From IMG/VR virus record IMGVR_UViG_3300042863_001217: a DNA stretch of 64,000 nucleotides; one strand, given 5' to 3'. This DNA is from a virus. Taxonomy: Duplodnaviria; Heunggongvirae; Uroviricota; Caudoviricetes. Under the pieces are notes generated by a model. That model did no database searches. It was not told the origin of the DNA and worked only from the letters and a program-made list of their open reading frames with translations. Position numbers and translations under genes: made by a program. Below, piece after piece: positions 46,491 to 56,900 of the stretch (positions are counted from its first letter, which is position 1; each line of letters opens with the position of its first letter).

Positions 46491-47374
46491 TTAATTGATT
46501 TTATCCAGGATAATAGGTTTGTTTCTGGTTTCCAACCTAATTGCCTAGTGATTTTTGTAATATCTGCAGCGGAACGCATAGGTTCCTCTCTTTTTTCTAC
46601 ATGTTTGATTTCACCACCAAATGCCTCAGCCACTTCAATAACTTGAGTTTCTGTACCAGATCCAACATTATAAATTGGCATAGTGGTCTTAAATTCGGCC
46701 TGACTACTCATTATAATAGCATTTACCACATCTTTAACATAAATCCAATCTCTAGTTTGTGTGCCATCACCAGTTACGGTAATAGGTTGATAAGATTCAT
46801 ATTGTTGTAAGAATATGGGCACTGCACTTCGGTATCCACCAGTAGCCCTTTGACCTTCACCAAAGACATTAAAAAATCTTAGAGCTGTACACTTAAACTG
46901 AGGTTTATTATAACTCATCATCATGTGTTCCATTTCCAATTTAAATTCGGCATAAGGACTCATCGGATTAGGTGTATCACTCTCTTTTAATGGCACTTGT
47001 TCTGAATCACCATAGACCGCAGCAGTGGATGCAGCTACCATTGAAGTAGCTCCCATTTCATAAGCCCAACTCATAACTCTTCTACTTGCAACACATATGC
47101 CATTCCAATATTTCATTGGTTGTTCTATGCTTTCAGGTACACTAATCGGTGCAGCTAAATGAAATAGAGTATCAAATTTATAAGTTGGCAATTTACTACT
47201 AATAATATCAGTAGCTTCAATAATTAAATTTGGATGTGGTTCTAAATTGTCCATGTCACCAGTACTAAAATTATCAAGTACAATTACTGACCATCCATTG
47301 TTTAGTAATTCTTTAACCAGATATGAACCAATAAAACCAGCTCCACCTGTAACTACAGCTTTTCTATTCTCCAT
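46487..47374 (-). CDS. NAD-dependent epimerase/dehydratase (UDP-sugar 4-epimerase-like)
   Basis: VVTGGAGFIGSYLV Rossmann motif. Confidence 0.7.
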   Translation of the reverse strand: MENRKAVVTGGAGFIGSYLVKELLNNGWSVIVLDNFSTGDMDNLEPHPNLIIEATDIISSKLPTYKFDTLFHLAAPISVPESIEQPMKYWNGICVASRRVMSWAYEMGATSMVAASTAAVYGDSEQVPLKESDTPNPMSPYAEFKLEMEHMMMSYNKPQFKCTALRFFNVFGEGQRATGGYRSAVPIFLQQYESYQPITVTGDGTQTRDWIYVKDVVNAIIMSSQAEFKTTMPIYNVGSGTETQVIEVAEAFGGEIKHVEKREEPMRSAADITKITRQLGWKPETNLLSWIKSIK

Positions 47375-50300
47375 ATAATTCTTTATTTATGACAGCAATA
47401 ACTCTGTCTGATCCAATGGTTTTAGTACACTCAAATTGACGATGTGTTCCTTTCCATAAAGGGCACCAATTCCAGTCACCTTTGTCAAATGTATCCCAAC
47501 CCCAACAACCATGACATACTTTATGATTGTTAATATAGATAGCTGATTCAAATTCCACATAAGGATCTGTAAAGCCACTAATAACAATTACTTTGGCTCC
47601 AAGTGCCCATGCGAACCAAGATAAGCCAGAGGAAATTCCAATAAACAGTTCGGCTTCATTAATAGCTCCTGCTACTAATGCCAACTCTTCTGGCAATTGT
47701 TTAACTCCTTTTAATTGACTACCTTCTTTACTAGCATGGTACACACTAATCTCTTTACTATTACACCAGTCAATTGTTTCTTGCCATCCAGTAGGATTAT
47801 TCCAGTACTTAGCTTGCGCTGTACTTTGGGTAGCGATTACAATAGAGCGTTTTTTTGCAGTAGACTTGATCAAGAATTCGCGCGCTAGTTGAGGTCTTTG
47901 TTCTACGTACTCAGTACCTAAGCGATCTGAGGCGATTTTCCCCAGAGGTATAGTCCTCCAGTCGTATTTATGTTCTGAACGTTTCCATGGTTCTTCCATG
48001 GTGTAAAAGACTCCGATAGTGATTAGCGCACCCTTGTTAGGCACTGACCAGTCAATGATGTCTATGCCCTTTGAGCTATACCATGCTTTGTCAAACAGCC
48101 AGGGTTTGTGTGTCTTCACATATAATCGTGATAGCTTATGTGTGTCTATCACTGTGTGCAGCTGTCCCATGAAGCTCAATGTGTCTCCAAGTGATGAACT
48201 TGCCATTTCCACTGTAAGTTCCTGGCCTTCAAGGCTCAGACGTTCTGAATGAACTAGTTGGTCATTACTGTAAACCTTAACAGTCCACTGAGTCCACCAA
48301 TTTCTTGCGGGCTTGTACCAGTTTCCTGCCTGTAAGTCTGTTGCGTTCCATACTAGATCTTCATGATCGTAGAACTCGGCCCGTAATTGAGTGCCTCCAG
48401 TTTCCTTGATCGTTAATTTCGGACCATCTTGATATTCTAATGTCCATTCAGGTTGTTTGTATATCGGAGCTTTTTGAGGGCCTCGTGGGGTAGTTAAACA
48501 TTGTTGGTACCATTGGATATGCTGATCAGTGAAACGTTTTAGATCATCAGCTGGGATATTTTTTCCTTGTGCCTCGGATGATTTGAGTGTTTTGATTAAT
48601 TGGTCAACATTTTCATGGAGATCGTTTGTGAATGGGACAATGTAAGGTGTAAACATGTCTTTATATTGCTCTAAGTCCCTAGAGAATGTGATTAGACCAT
48701 GACCGATTGCTTCACGTAGTGCGAGTGGACTACACTCCCATGTTGAGTTAAACATAAATGCGTCACATGCACTCATAAAGACGTCAACATCGTTTCTCTC
48801 ACCCCATACAGTAACATTACTTGGCAACTTCTTCATAATTGGTCCCCAATATTGTTCGAAGTTTTCTGCTTGATTACCTACGAAATGAAATTGATACTTT
48901 CCAGGAAATCTAGCTTCAACTATTCTGGCAATATCAACACCTTCTGCTTGATTCTTACCTTGTGTCCAAAGACCTACATTTAATATATGTGTCTTATCAA
49001 TGGCTAAACCTAATTTAGCTCTTGATTTTGCTTTATCAAACGCTGAAGGTTTTTGATTTAATATAGGATATTCTACAACTGGTTTTAAACCATCTCTATT
49101 TCCGAAAGTTTCTAAATGATATGGAGTACACATCATGTACATATCTGGATCATTAATCTTATCGTTTGGATCAAACCAAATATTGTGAGATGTTTCTACA
49201 ATTTTCCATTGCTTATTGTAAAGCCATTCCATTGCACTTTGATCAATTTTATTAAATCCATCAAATGATTCTGGACATTCATCAATATGAATAATATCTG
49301 GGTTTATTTCTAAAATCTTTGCCTTTAATCTTTCACCTCGTTCGGTAATGTCTATTGAATTTAAGAATCCTAATGAATGAAATCTAGCACCTAATTTTTC
49401 TATAAGTTGATCTCGTTGCACATTGTAAATATCACTATATTGTGTATACTCTACTAAGTGAATTTCATATTCTTTTACATCTAACATAGCTTCGACTCTC
49501 TTTAAGACAAATTGAGGCATGCCTCCTGTACTTAAATGTGGTGCTAAGAATAGTAATTTAGTTTTGTTTGTCATTTCTTTGGTATTAGGTTTCATATAGA
49601 CATTGTCTACTAATAAGTCATTATACAAATCTATAACTGCATCGAATGTTTTATCTACTGTAGGATGACACTCGAATGTTGGTTTATATTCTAAACAATA
49701 TAATTGTGGCGGAACAGCTTGAATAGTTCCATGTTCAATAATATTGTATTTCATATTACTGGAACAGAAAATATCGCAACTTCCACCAATATATTTGTAT
49801 TTATAATCTTGTGAACCCTTTCTATAAGGTGCTCTTAATTTTGGATCTATTGAACTACCTAATTGAATAATATTTACGTCAGTAGTTCCTGCAATGTGCA
49901 ATAAACCAGAATCCATAGTTACTATAGCTCTAGCTTTATGATTCATCATCCATCTTAATTCAGCTGGATCATTTGTTGCATCATTAAGTAAGTTAACTCC
50001 AAGCTTTATATTCAAATCCATTACGGGTTTGTCTATTGAGAATGTACCGAATTCATGAGAATCTCGGCCAACCGCAACCACTGGAATACCTCTATCATTT
50101 AATTTATCAACAAGTTCTTGCCATTTATCTTGATCCCATGTTCTAGTTGCCCAGGTATAAGTTGGGTGTATTATAACATAGTTTTCAAATCCAAGATTTC
50201 TTTCACGTTCAATATACAAATCCATTTCCATTTCATCTTGAGTTAAACTAAACCCTAATGAAACTGCATGAAATTGTCTAATATCCATATTAGAAGATCT

Positions 50301-50570
50301 GAATTCTACTTGTTCACCTCTTAGATCATATGCTTTGCCAACGATTGGCATAAATGTACGATAAACCTTTATGTCGGAGTCATATCTAAGAGGGTCATCC
50401 AACTTTAATGCTTTTGACACAAGTGGATGACCCTCAAATAAGAAAGGTTTACTAGAAAATACTATAAGTTGTGACTCACACGCTTTAGCTAACTTCCTAA
50501 GTGTAGGAATTGCTGCTATCGTGTCACCTAATGCAGGTGTATCTATACATATCGCAACTTGTTTTGACAT
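47364..50570 (-). CDS. Multidomain glycosyltransferase with N- and C-terminal GT9 (heptosyltransferase-like) domains
   Basis: N-terminus ICIDTPALGDTIAAIP. Two ...MDSGLLHIAG... / ...GISSGLSWFAWALGAKVIVISGFTDP... motifs resemble the RfaC/RfaF family. Confidence 0.55.
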   Translation of the reverse strand: MSKQVAICIDTPALGDTIAAIPTLRKLAKACESQLIVFSSKPFLFEGHPLVSKALKLDDPLRYDSDIKVYRTFMPIVGKAYDLRGEQVEFRSSNMDIRQFHAVSLGFSLTQDEMEMDLYIERERNLGFENYVIIHPTYTWATRTWDQDKWQELVDKLNDRGIPVVAVGRDSHEFGTFSIDKPVMDLNIKLGVNLLNDATNDPAELRWMMNHKARAIVTMDSGLLHIAGTTDVNIIQLGSSIDPKLRAPYRKGSQDYKYKYIGGSCDIFCSSNMKYNIIEHGTIQAVPPQLYCLEYKPTFECHPTVDKTFDAVIDLYNDLLVDNVYMKPNTKEMTNKTKLLFLAPHLSTGGMPQFVLKRVEAMLDVKEYEIHLVEYTQYSDIYNVQRDQLIEKLGARFHSLGFLNSIDITERGERLKAKILEINPDIIHIDECPESFDGFNKIDQSAMEWLYNKQWKIVETSHNIWFDPNDKINDPDMYMMCTPYHLETFGNRDGLKPVVEYPILNQKPSAFDKAKSRAKLGLAIDKTHILNVGLWTQGKNQAEGVDIARIVEARFPGKYQFHFVGNQAENFEQYWGPIMKKLPSNVTVWGERNDVDVFMSACDAFMFNSTWECSPLALREAIGHGLITFSRDLEQYKDMFTPYIVPFTNDLHENVDQLIKTLKSSEAQGKNIPADDLKRFTDQHIQWYQQCLTTPRGPQKAPIYKQPEWTLEYQDGPKLTIKETGGTQLRAEFYDHEDLVWNATDLQAGNWYKPARNWWTQWTVKVYSNDQLVHSERLSLEGQELTVEMASSSLGDTLSFMGQLHTVIDTHKLSRLYVKTHKPWLFDKAWYSSKGIDIIDWSVPNKGALITIGVFYTMEEPWKRSEHKYDWRTIPLGKIASDRLGTEYVEQRPQLAREFLIKSTAKKRSIVIATQSTAQAKYWNNPTGWQETIDWCNSKEISVYHASKEGSQLKGVKQLPEELALVAGAINEAELFIGISSGLSWFAWALGAKVIVISGFTDPYVEFESAIYINNHKVCHGCWGWDTFDKGDWNWCPLWKGTHRQFECTKTIGSDRVIAVINKELYGE

Positions 50571-50573
50571 GTA

Positions 50574-50963
50574 TTAGTATGATTCATAGGATTTCTCTTC
50601 TACAAATAAAGATCCCGTTAACAAATTGATTTTTTTCTTGACATCAGATCTGTCATCATTTGTGTAATACACTGATCTTGCCAATTCAACGAAGTCTTCA
50701 CCAAATGATTCTCGACGTTCGCATTCACGAATCATATCTTCAATATTCCAAAGGGTTTTATTTACATTAAATAAATCTTTATGTAATACATCTAATTCGC
50801 GATAGTCATCAGCTTCATTGTAGATGTGATCTACGACAGATTTAAGTGAATCATACTCTTTTTGAATGTTTGCTAATTTTTCAGGATCAGAAATCTCTTT
50901 AAGTTTGATTTCTAAAATAGTAAATTTATCAATAATCTCTCCGTTTGATACCTCGATTTTCAT
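50574..50963 (-). CDS. Hypothetical protein
   Basis: 129-aa ORF. Confidence 0.4.
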   Translation of the reverse strand: MKIEVSNGEIIDKFTILEIKLKEISDPEKLANIQKEYDSLKSVVDHIYNEADDYRELDVLHKDLFNVNKTLWNIEDMIRECERRESFGEDFVELARSVYYTNDDRSDVKKKINLLTGSLFVEEKSYESY

Positions 50964-51169
50964 TATTTAGCTTTTTTATCTGTGAAAGGTTTTGTTAACA
51001 ATTCTGCTGCAGCTGCAACAAATACTGAATCTCGTACACTTAATACTCCTGCTCCTTGAGCTGCATTAGCTGCTTGAATTAAAATATTAAGAGCTTGTAC
51101 ATCGGTCATAGTTTTCACTTCTTCGAAAGGTGAAACCTGTGGTTTTTCTTGTGTTGTTTGTTCTGACAT
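50963..51169 (-). CDS. Hypothetical small protein
   Basis: 68-aa ORF. Confidence 0.35.
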   Translation of the reverse strand: MSEQTTQEKPQVSPFEEVKTMTDVQALNILIQAANAAQGAGVLSVRDSVFVAAAAELLTKPFTDKKAK

Positions 51170-51227
51170 TTTTAAATAGTTTAATACTTATACCAAATTT
51201 ATACTAATAGTTTATATTGGGGATTAA

Positions 51228-52193
51228 TTATAAACCCAATAGCATTGTAATTAATTCTTGTTGTGGAAATACATCTGATTTATCTTTTCTAACTTGACCA
51301 TGTGTTAATACACCTTTGATCTTTCCTAGATTTGCATCTTCGCTATAGTCAAAAGCATTAGCATTACCAGGAATTGGATAATATTGAGAAATACCTGGTT
51401 TTGTTGAACTAGTTAATTTTTCAACTATACCTGATTTTAAATTAATACCATGTTTATCTGCTATTAATAACAATAATGCTTTAGTAGCTTTAATTTGTTC
51501 TGGTGAATATTTATGATAATATTTAAAACCTCTATATTCAGAATCTAATCTTGCGACTTGTGATTCATGAACTTGAGCACCATACCATGTGTAATATTTA
51601 CCATCTTTTTCTGTTAAACATCCTGCAGAACAGATTTCTATACTAATAGAACCCTTATGCATTTTTGAAGATTTGACAGCACCTAAATGATAACCCCAAT
51701 ATTCATCTTTAATGGCTTGTAAAATTTTACCATCCCATTCAGATTCTTTTTCTGTTAGTTTATTCATATCTACAGTTGATGGAATTCCACCAATAACATA
51801 ATGTGTTCCTATTCTACCACGTTGATCCTTAGCCCATTGGTCAATTGTATCTTTTGGATTATGTCTACCTGCGGTATGATGTAAAAATATCCATTCTTTG
51901 TGAGTTGTCTCTTTAAGGTATTCACCTTCTGGTAAAAGATGTTGTTGAATCCATGTTGCACCAGTGGCAACATCAGTATCAGCATCTAATTCAAGTGGAT
52001 TATATTTAAGAGTTTTCCAAGTTAATGGTCCTACTGTACCATCTGCTTTTAAACCATTAGCTTTTTGAAATTTAATTACAGCAGCATGCGTATCGTTACC
52101 AAATTCTCCATCTACTTTAAGATCTAATAGTTCTTGAAGAACTCTTACTAGATCACCAGTTTGGCCTAATTTTAAAATGTATTTGCTTTGCAT
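51228..52193 (-). CDS. Endolysin: peptidoglycan-binding domain plus N-acetylmuramoyl-L-alanine amidase (amidase_2/PGRP-like)
   Basis: N-terminal PG_binding_1-like LVRVLQELLDLKVDGEFGNDTHAAVIKFQKANGL. Amidase motifs HHTAGR and HGQVRKDKSDVFP. Confidence 0.7.
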   Translation of the reverse strand: MQSKYILKLGQTGDLVRVLQELLDLKVDGEFGNDTHAAVIKFQKANGLKADGTVGPLTWKTLKYNPLELDADTDVATGATWIQQHLLPEGEYLKETTHKEWIFLHHTAGRHNPKDTIDQWAKDQRGRIGTHYVIGGIPSTVDMNKLTEKESEWDGKILQAIKDEYWGYHLGAVKSSKMHKGSISIEICSAGCLTEKDGKYYTWYGAQVHESQVARLDSEYRGFKYYHKYSPEQIKATKALLLLIADKHGINLKSGIVEKLTSSTKPGISQYYPIPGNANAFDYSEDANLGKIKGVLTHGQVRKDKSDVFPQQELITMLLGL

Positions 52194-52606
52194 AATTGTT
52201 CTGTTTTTTTGTGAAATTTATCTATTAACATATATATTTCCTTTTTACTTGAACACACATGTCTAAAAGAAAAGACTTCCCTGACATTCTCTTTTAATAT
52301 TATCTTATAAGAAATTGAAAATAGTGGTCTTTGTTTGTACTTATCGATCATTGATTTAACAACACCTATTTGTTGTTTTGCTTTACCGCAATATCCATGT
52401 TGGACACTAATATATGCACTTACGTCATATAGCGGATGATCTTCTAATGAAATGAAATAGTGCATAGCCTTCAATTCATTCGTTATTAAATATAACGAAT
52501 GAATTGTGTTAGGATGCTCATTAATAACTTTGAGGAAAGTTTCTTTTTCTAATGGCTTTGAAATATAAAGATCTTCAATATTGATCTTAAGTCTATTTGT
52601 TAGCAT
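52172..52606 (-). CDS. Hypothetical protein
   Basis: 144-aa ORF. Confidence 0.4.
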   Translation of the reverse strand: MLTNRLKINIEDLYISKPLEKETFLKVINEHPNTIHSLYLITNELKAMHYFISLEDHPLYDVSAYISVQHGYCGKAKQQIGVVKSMIDKYKQRPLFSISYKIILKENVREVFSFRHVCSSKKEIYMLIDKFHKKTEQLCKANTF

Positions 52607-53642
52607 TTTTATTGTTTATAAAAGCTTCCATTTCTTCTTTGGCTTTTTTAGCCATGGCTTCATTCCAAAGTTGGTCTTCGCTTTTAGGTTGATCTTCATT
52701 TGTTGGTAAATGCGGTGTAGATATTTTTTGTACTATTGAACCCACTGATGTTGGATTTACATTTGTATTCTCATCATCAATTTCCAATTCAAGTATGTCT
52801 AACATATCGTTTTCACGTACTTCAACTTCTTCTAATGTTGAATCATCTGGGCCTTCTGTACCTTTAATACCTATTGGTCCTTCCCACCATGGTTTTTCTT
52901 GTAATTCTTCTGGAGTTGCAAATGGTTCTGGTACAGTTTCATTAATAAGATCTTCAATTAATTTTTCATCGTAATCTTCATCTTCTAATCCATCCATTAA
53001 AGTCTGATCCCATATTTCATCATATAATCCAAGCTCTTGATCATTTTTCATCATCTCAGCAAGAATTTCTGCTCTTTCTTCTTTAGTAGGTTCTTTTACA
53101 AATTGCTCAATATCTTCAAAATATTCTTCTGATGGTGCTTTATCAAATCCATGGGGCATTTCCATATTTTCACCTAATATACCATCTGTTAATGCTTCTT
53201 GTTCATCTTCTTCTGGTTTAATATAATCGACTAGTGATTTAATAAATCCTAATGCAATTAATGGTAAAATAGCTCCAGAAACAAATGCTAAAATTCTTTT
53301 TTGGTAAAGTGGATCTTCTTCTATTAAATTAAATAATTGTGACCAATTTGTGTAATCTTTTAAATTAACAAACGCATAATACATGTTACCTTGCATCTGC
53401 ATTAAAGTAATTGTAATGAATAATGCCCACACTAGAGTTTTATTCATTTTCTTTAATATAACTAATGATGCTAATGATGCTGCTGCACCCACCTCAAATC
53501 CGACTGCTAAAGTCACTGCTAACCAATATGGATTTGACAATTCAAAGAAGTCAATAACGTGAATTGTTGAAATCACAGAAACCAATAAGTATAAAGATAC
53601 AAAGGTTCCTACTACAAAATTTCTTACTAATTTATCTTTCAT
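52593..53642 (-). CDS. Membrane protein (4 N-terminal TM helices, acidic C-terminal tail)
   Basis: Hydrophobicity pattern. Located next to the endolysin, so a lysis-associated role is possible. Confidence 0.4.
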   Translation of the reverse strand: MKDKLVRNFVVGTFVSLYLLVSVISTIHVIDFFELSNPYWLAVTLAVGFEVGAAASLASLVILKKMNKTLVWALFITITLMQMQGNMYYAFVNLKDYTNWSQLFNLIEEDPLYQKRILAFVSGAILPLIALGFIKSLVDYIKPEEDEQEALTDGILGENMEMPHGFDKAPSEEYFEDIEQFVKEPTKEERAEILAEMMKNDQELGLYDEIWDQTLMDGLEDEDYDEKLIEDLINETVPEPFATPEELQEKPWWEGPIGIKGTEGPDDSTLEEVEVRENDMLDILELEIDDENTNVNPTSVGSIVQKISTPHLPTNEDQPKSEDQLWNEAMAKKAKEEMEAFINNKNANK

Positions 53643-53653
53643 AATTTTTGTTT

Positions 53654-54016
53654 TTATTTATCCCATTTACCTAATGGACATATAGAATGTGGTGACATAG
53701 ATTTTGCAGATATATTACATCCGCATCCTTTTACTATTTCGCCAGTTACATTATTTTTCATTTGCTTCCTTGGATCACATGAATTACCAGTTCTCATATA
53801 ACATGAATTACAGTGTATTAAACGCAAGCGACTAATCTCTTTAGTCTCTGCATCTAGTAAACCAAACACATCTTTAAACCTATTGCCCCATCCAGAAAGG
53901 ATTTGACTAATTTGAGATGTTTCCTCTTGTGGTGTCTCAATACTAGATGGTGGTGGAGTATTGTTTATCTTATTAAGATCTTCGTTAAAATTCTGTGTTT
54001 TATCTTCGGATGCCAT
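53654..54016 (-). CDS. Cys-rich small protein (zinc-ribbon-like)
   Basis: HCNSCYMRTGNSCD...GCGCN... Confidence 0.35.
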   Translation of the reverse strand: MASEDKTQNFNEDLNKINNTPPPSSIETPQEETSQISQILSGWGNRFKDVFGLLDAETKEISRLRLIHCNSCYMRTGNSCDPRKQMKNNVTGEIVKGCGCNISAKSMSPHSICPLGKWDK

Positions 54017-54021
54017 GATTA

Positions 54022-54306
54022 TTATTTGCTAAGTTTTTCTATTTCTTTTTCGATTACATTTTGACGTTGAACATCTAACATTTTACGATCAGTTGCTTGA
54101 ATCATTCTTTTTTCAACCTTTAAACCTTCGATTTGTAATTGCTTCGAGGTTGGTAAAGTATTGATAATTTCTTGATTTGCCTTAGCTTCTTTTTTTAATT
54201 TGCTGACTTCAGAATCAATGCTACATGATTTCATGTAAGTTAACAATAGTAATACTAATACAATCTTTGTACCGTGATTTTCCAGGAATTGATTAAATTT
54301 GTTCAT
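54022..54306 (-). CDS. Small membrane/coiled-coil protein
   Basis: 94-aa ORF. Confidence 0.35.
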   Translation of the reverse strand: MNKFNQFLENHGTKIVLVLLLLTYMKSCSIDSEVSKLKKEAKANQEIINTLPTSKQLQIEGLKVEKRMIQATDRKMLDVQRQNVIEKEIEKLSK

Positions 54307-54321
54307 GACTTTGTGTTTTAT

Positions 54322-55083
54322 TTATATATTAAATTTTTCTTTAAACATTTTTCTTCTTCTCATGAATTCTTTTGAATAGAATTCTAAATCTTGTTGTGTT
54401 AATGAGAAACATTGTGGTAAATTATCTTCTTCGTTTGCGATCCAAATTTCTGCTCCATCTGCCTTAATACCAGTTCTATCCCAATATGCTATAAAATAAG
54501 CACCTGTTTGAATGAAATAATCTTGAATCCAATGTTCTTGTTTTGGTTTACGTGAATTTTTGTAGTCAATGATCTTAATCAAATTATCTGTCATTTCAGA
54601 TATGTTATCTACTGTACCTGCCCAACCTCCAGCTTTTGTAGTCCATAAGAATGTTTCAGCTTCTAATACTTTTTTAATTCTGTCAAAATAATCTGAACTA
54701 TTAAAGTAGAATTTGTAAAAGAATTTCCAAGCTTCTGCTAAGTACAAAGCTCCGTTCTCATCATCACTGAATTGGTTGCACTCATCATCTTCTTTTGCCA
54801 AATCTTTAAGAATAATAAGCCTTTCGTTAGCTTCGCCAGAAGTGCCCTTATATAGTTCTATAAGTCTGTGCATAATAGTACCTCTATTCATAGATAGCGT
54901 TGAAATTCGATCAGCTTCTGCTTCACCGACTTTTTGACGCCATTTGTCCAATCCAGATTGATCTTTAGTTTGACCTAAAACTGTGGTAACAGATGGTAAT
55001 TTAGCTATTACTGTATCGCCTTCGGTAACTTGATAAAATCTAAGACCATCTTCATGAACTCGTACTATTTTATACTGATCCAA
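54322..55083 (-). CDS. PD-(D/E)XK family nuclease-like protein (YqaJ/lambda-exonuclease type)
   Basis: ...TVDNISE...IIDYKNSRK... D/E-x-K arrangement. Moderate confidence. Confidence 0.4.
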   Translation of the reverse strand: MDQYKIVRVHEDGLRFYQVTEGDTVIAKLPSVTTVLGQTKDQSGLDKWRQKVGEAEADRISTLSMNRGTIMHRLIELYKGTSGEANERLIILKDLAKEDDECNQFSDDENGALYLAEAWKFFYKFYFNSSDYFDRIKKVLEAETFLWTTKAGGWAGTVDNISEMTDNLIKIIDYKNSRKPKQEHWIQDYFIQTGAYFIAYWDRTGIKADGAEIWIANEEDNLPQCFSLTQQDLEFYSKEFMRRRKMFKEKFNI

Positions 55084-55572
55084 TTAGTTTAAGATTACGT
55101 GTGTAAATTTATCCCATAATGCAACCCAAAGATCTAGATTAACAAAGATAAATTTATAAATGAAGAATAATAAAGTTCCAACAATTGCTGATTTTAAAAT
55201 ATTACCAAGAATAGGCAATATTGCAAGTTCGTCAAAAACTGGCCATAATATAACCAAGTATGATGCTGATTGTGGTAGCTTTTGAATTTGTGGATATACC
55301 ATATCTGCTAAACCAATTTGTAACATATAGTTACCATAAGTTGAGATCTTATTAAGAACATACGCTTGTTGAATTTCACCTGAAGCTGTTTGTACTTCTT
55401 CTGGTAAATTAACTACACCATAAATTCTTCCTAACCAGTCAACTCTCAATTGAAAATCTTTATTCAATTGATCTTTATATTGATTTGCAGTTCTACGAAA
55501 GATCCACCATATTCTGACATCTTTGGAGAGTTCTCGCCAAAAACTAAATGTACTTAAAAATGATTTCCACAT
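55084..55572 (-). CDS. Membrane protein
   Basis: 162 aa, hydrophobic. Confidence 0.4.
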   Translation of the reverse strand: MWKSFLSTFSFWRELSKDVRIWWIFRRTANQYKDQLNKDFQLRVDWLGRIYGVVNLPEEVQTASGEIQQAYVLNKISTYGNYMLQIGLADMVYPQIQKLPQSASYLVILWPVFDELAILPILGNILKSAIVGTLLFFIYKFIFVNLDLWVALWDKFTHVILN

Positions 55573-55573
55573 A

Positions 55574-55858
55574 TTAATTAATTTTAGTAAATTCTTTTAA
55601 TTGGTCCATGCTTTTTGTACCTGTAGTTCTGTCAATTAATTGACCATCTTCCATGTACAATAATGCTGGTATTGATCTAACACCATATTCTGCTGATAAA
55701 TCTTGGTGTTCATCAACGTTTACTTTAACTACTTTTACATCAGTAATTTCAGTTTCATATTTCTCTAGAGTTTTACCTAAGACTCTGCATGGTCCACACC
55801 AATCTGCGTAAAAATCTACAAGTACTCTTCCTGTTTTAATTTGTTCTTTAATTTCCAT
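55574..55858 (-). CDS. Thioredoxin
   Basis: WCGPC active site in a 94-aa protein. Confidence 0.85.
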   Translation of the reverse strand: MEIKEQIKTGRVLVDFYADWCGPCRVLGKTLEKYETEITDVKVVKVNVDEHQDLSAEYGVRSIPALLYMEDGQLIDRTTGTKSMDQLKEFTKIN

Positions 55859-55861
55859 GTT

Positions 55862-56080
55862 CTAATATTGTAATGTCCATTCTGTTAATAATTCATTGTC
55901 TGTTAATCTAATAAACGTGTCCAATGACATATTAATAGCAACCTGACCTTCCATTGTTAATACCTTAGTATATTCTACTGAATCTTCAAAAGCTTGCTCA
56001 GCATCACCTTGATATTTTTCAGAGCTAATTTTAATAAGGTTCTCAATAGCTTCTTCTTGTATCCAAATTTGTATATTCAT
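55862..56080 (-). CDS. Hypothetical small protein
   Basis: 72-aa ORF. Confidence 0.35.
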   Translation of the reverse strand: MNIQIWIQEEAIENLIKISSEKYQGDAEQAFEDSVEYTKVLTMEGQVAINMSLDTFIRLTDNELLTEWTLQY

Positions 56081-56120
56081 AACTAATGTTTAGTTTTATA
56101 TGAGGTAATATTGAAATGTT

Positions 56121-56822
56121 TCAAAATATTCGTTTATTCTGTATTTTGTAAAAAGTGTCATCATCCATAGATAAAAATTCTTTATAGTGTAAATGATGAA
56201 TAAATTTACTTGATTCATCAAACTTCAATATCTTTTGTGCTATTTTATTATTATGAGGAGTGTCTTTGACATTAATTCTATAAAGATAATTTTCTGTAAG
56301 AGGTTGTTTTCTTTCATTATATGTTAAATCAGTTTCTTGTGATATTTCACCGACTTGTTTTTTAATGTAACCTATTTTTACAAATACTGAACTTTCTATT
56401 GGACCTCTTTGACATTCATATTCTGATTCATCTTTTCCTTTATTATATTCTCTTAGTTCACTTTTAGATGGAAATTGAAATGAATGATCAATTTTATCAA
56501 ACATAGTAAGATCTACTAATATGTGGTGTTTGTTTAAAGCAGCATCATGTAAAGTATTCAAATCTTGTTCAATTGTATTCCAATTTGTAAATTCATTCCA
56601 GTTATGAATTAAGATTAAATCAATATCCCATGTATTAAAATCCCATAAACATCCTCCAGTAAGGTGTACATTATATTTTTCAAGTAAATGAGAAATTGAT
56701 TCATCTTGAAAAAATCTTGCTATCTTTTCAAAAGATGGTCTACTCCATGGAATTGTTGTAGTAACAGAACCTACTTGATAAAAAAACTTTTGACCAGATT
56801 GTGAAGTTAGATCGAATGCCAT
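56121..56822 (-). CDS. Hypothetical protein
   Basis: 233-aa ORF. Confidence 0.45.
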   Translation of the reverse strand: MAFDLTSQSGQKFFYQVGSVTTTIPWSRPSFEKIARFFQDESISHLLEKYNVHLTGGCLWDFNTWDIDLILIHNWNEFTNWNTIEQDLNTLHDAALNKHHILVDLTMFDKIDHSFQFPSKSELREYNKGKDESEYECQRGPIESSVFVKIGYIKKQVGEISQETDLTYNERKQPLTENYLYRINVKDTPHNNKIAQKILKFDESSKFIHHLHYKEFLSMDDDTFYKIQNKRIF

Positions 56823-56854
56823 GTTTAAGATTATTTTAAATATTTATCTAACTA

Positions 56855-56880
56855 AAAAAGGGCACTAAATTAGTGCCCTT
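56855..56880 (-). terminator. Rho-independent terminator (minus strand)
   Basis: GGGCACT-AAATT-AGTGCCC followed by TTTTTT on the minus strand. Confidence 0.55.
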
Positions 56881-56900
56881 AAGTTTATTGTTTGTTTGGT

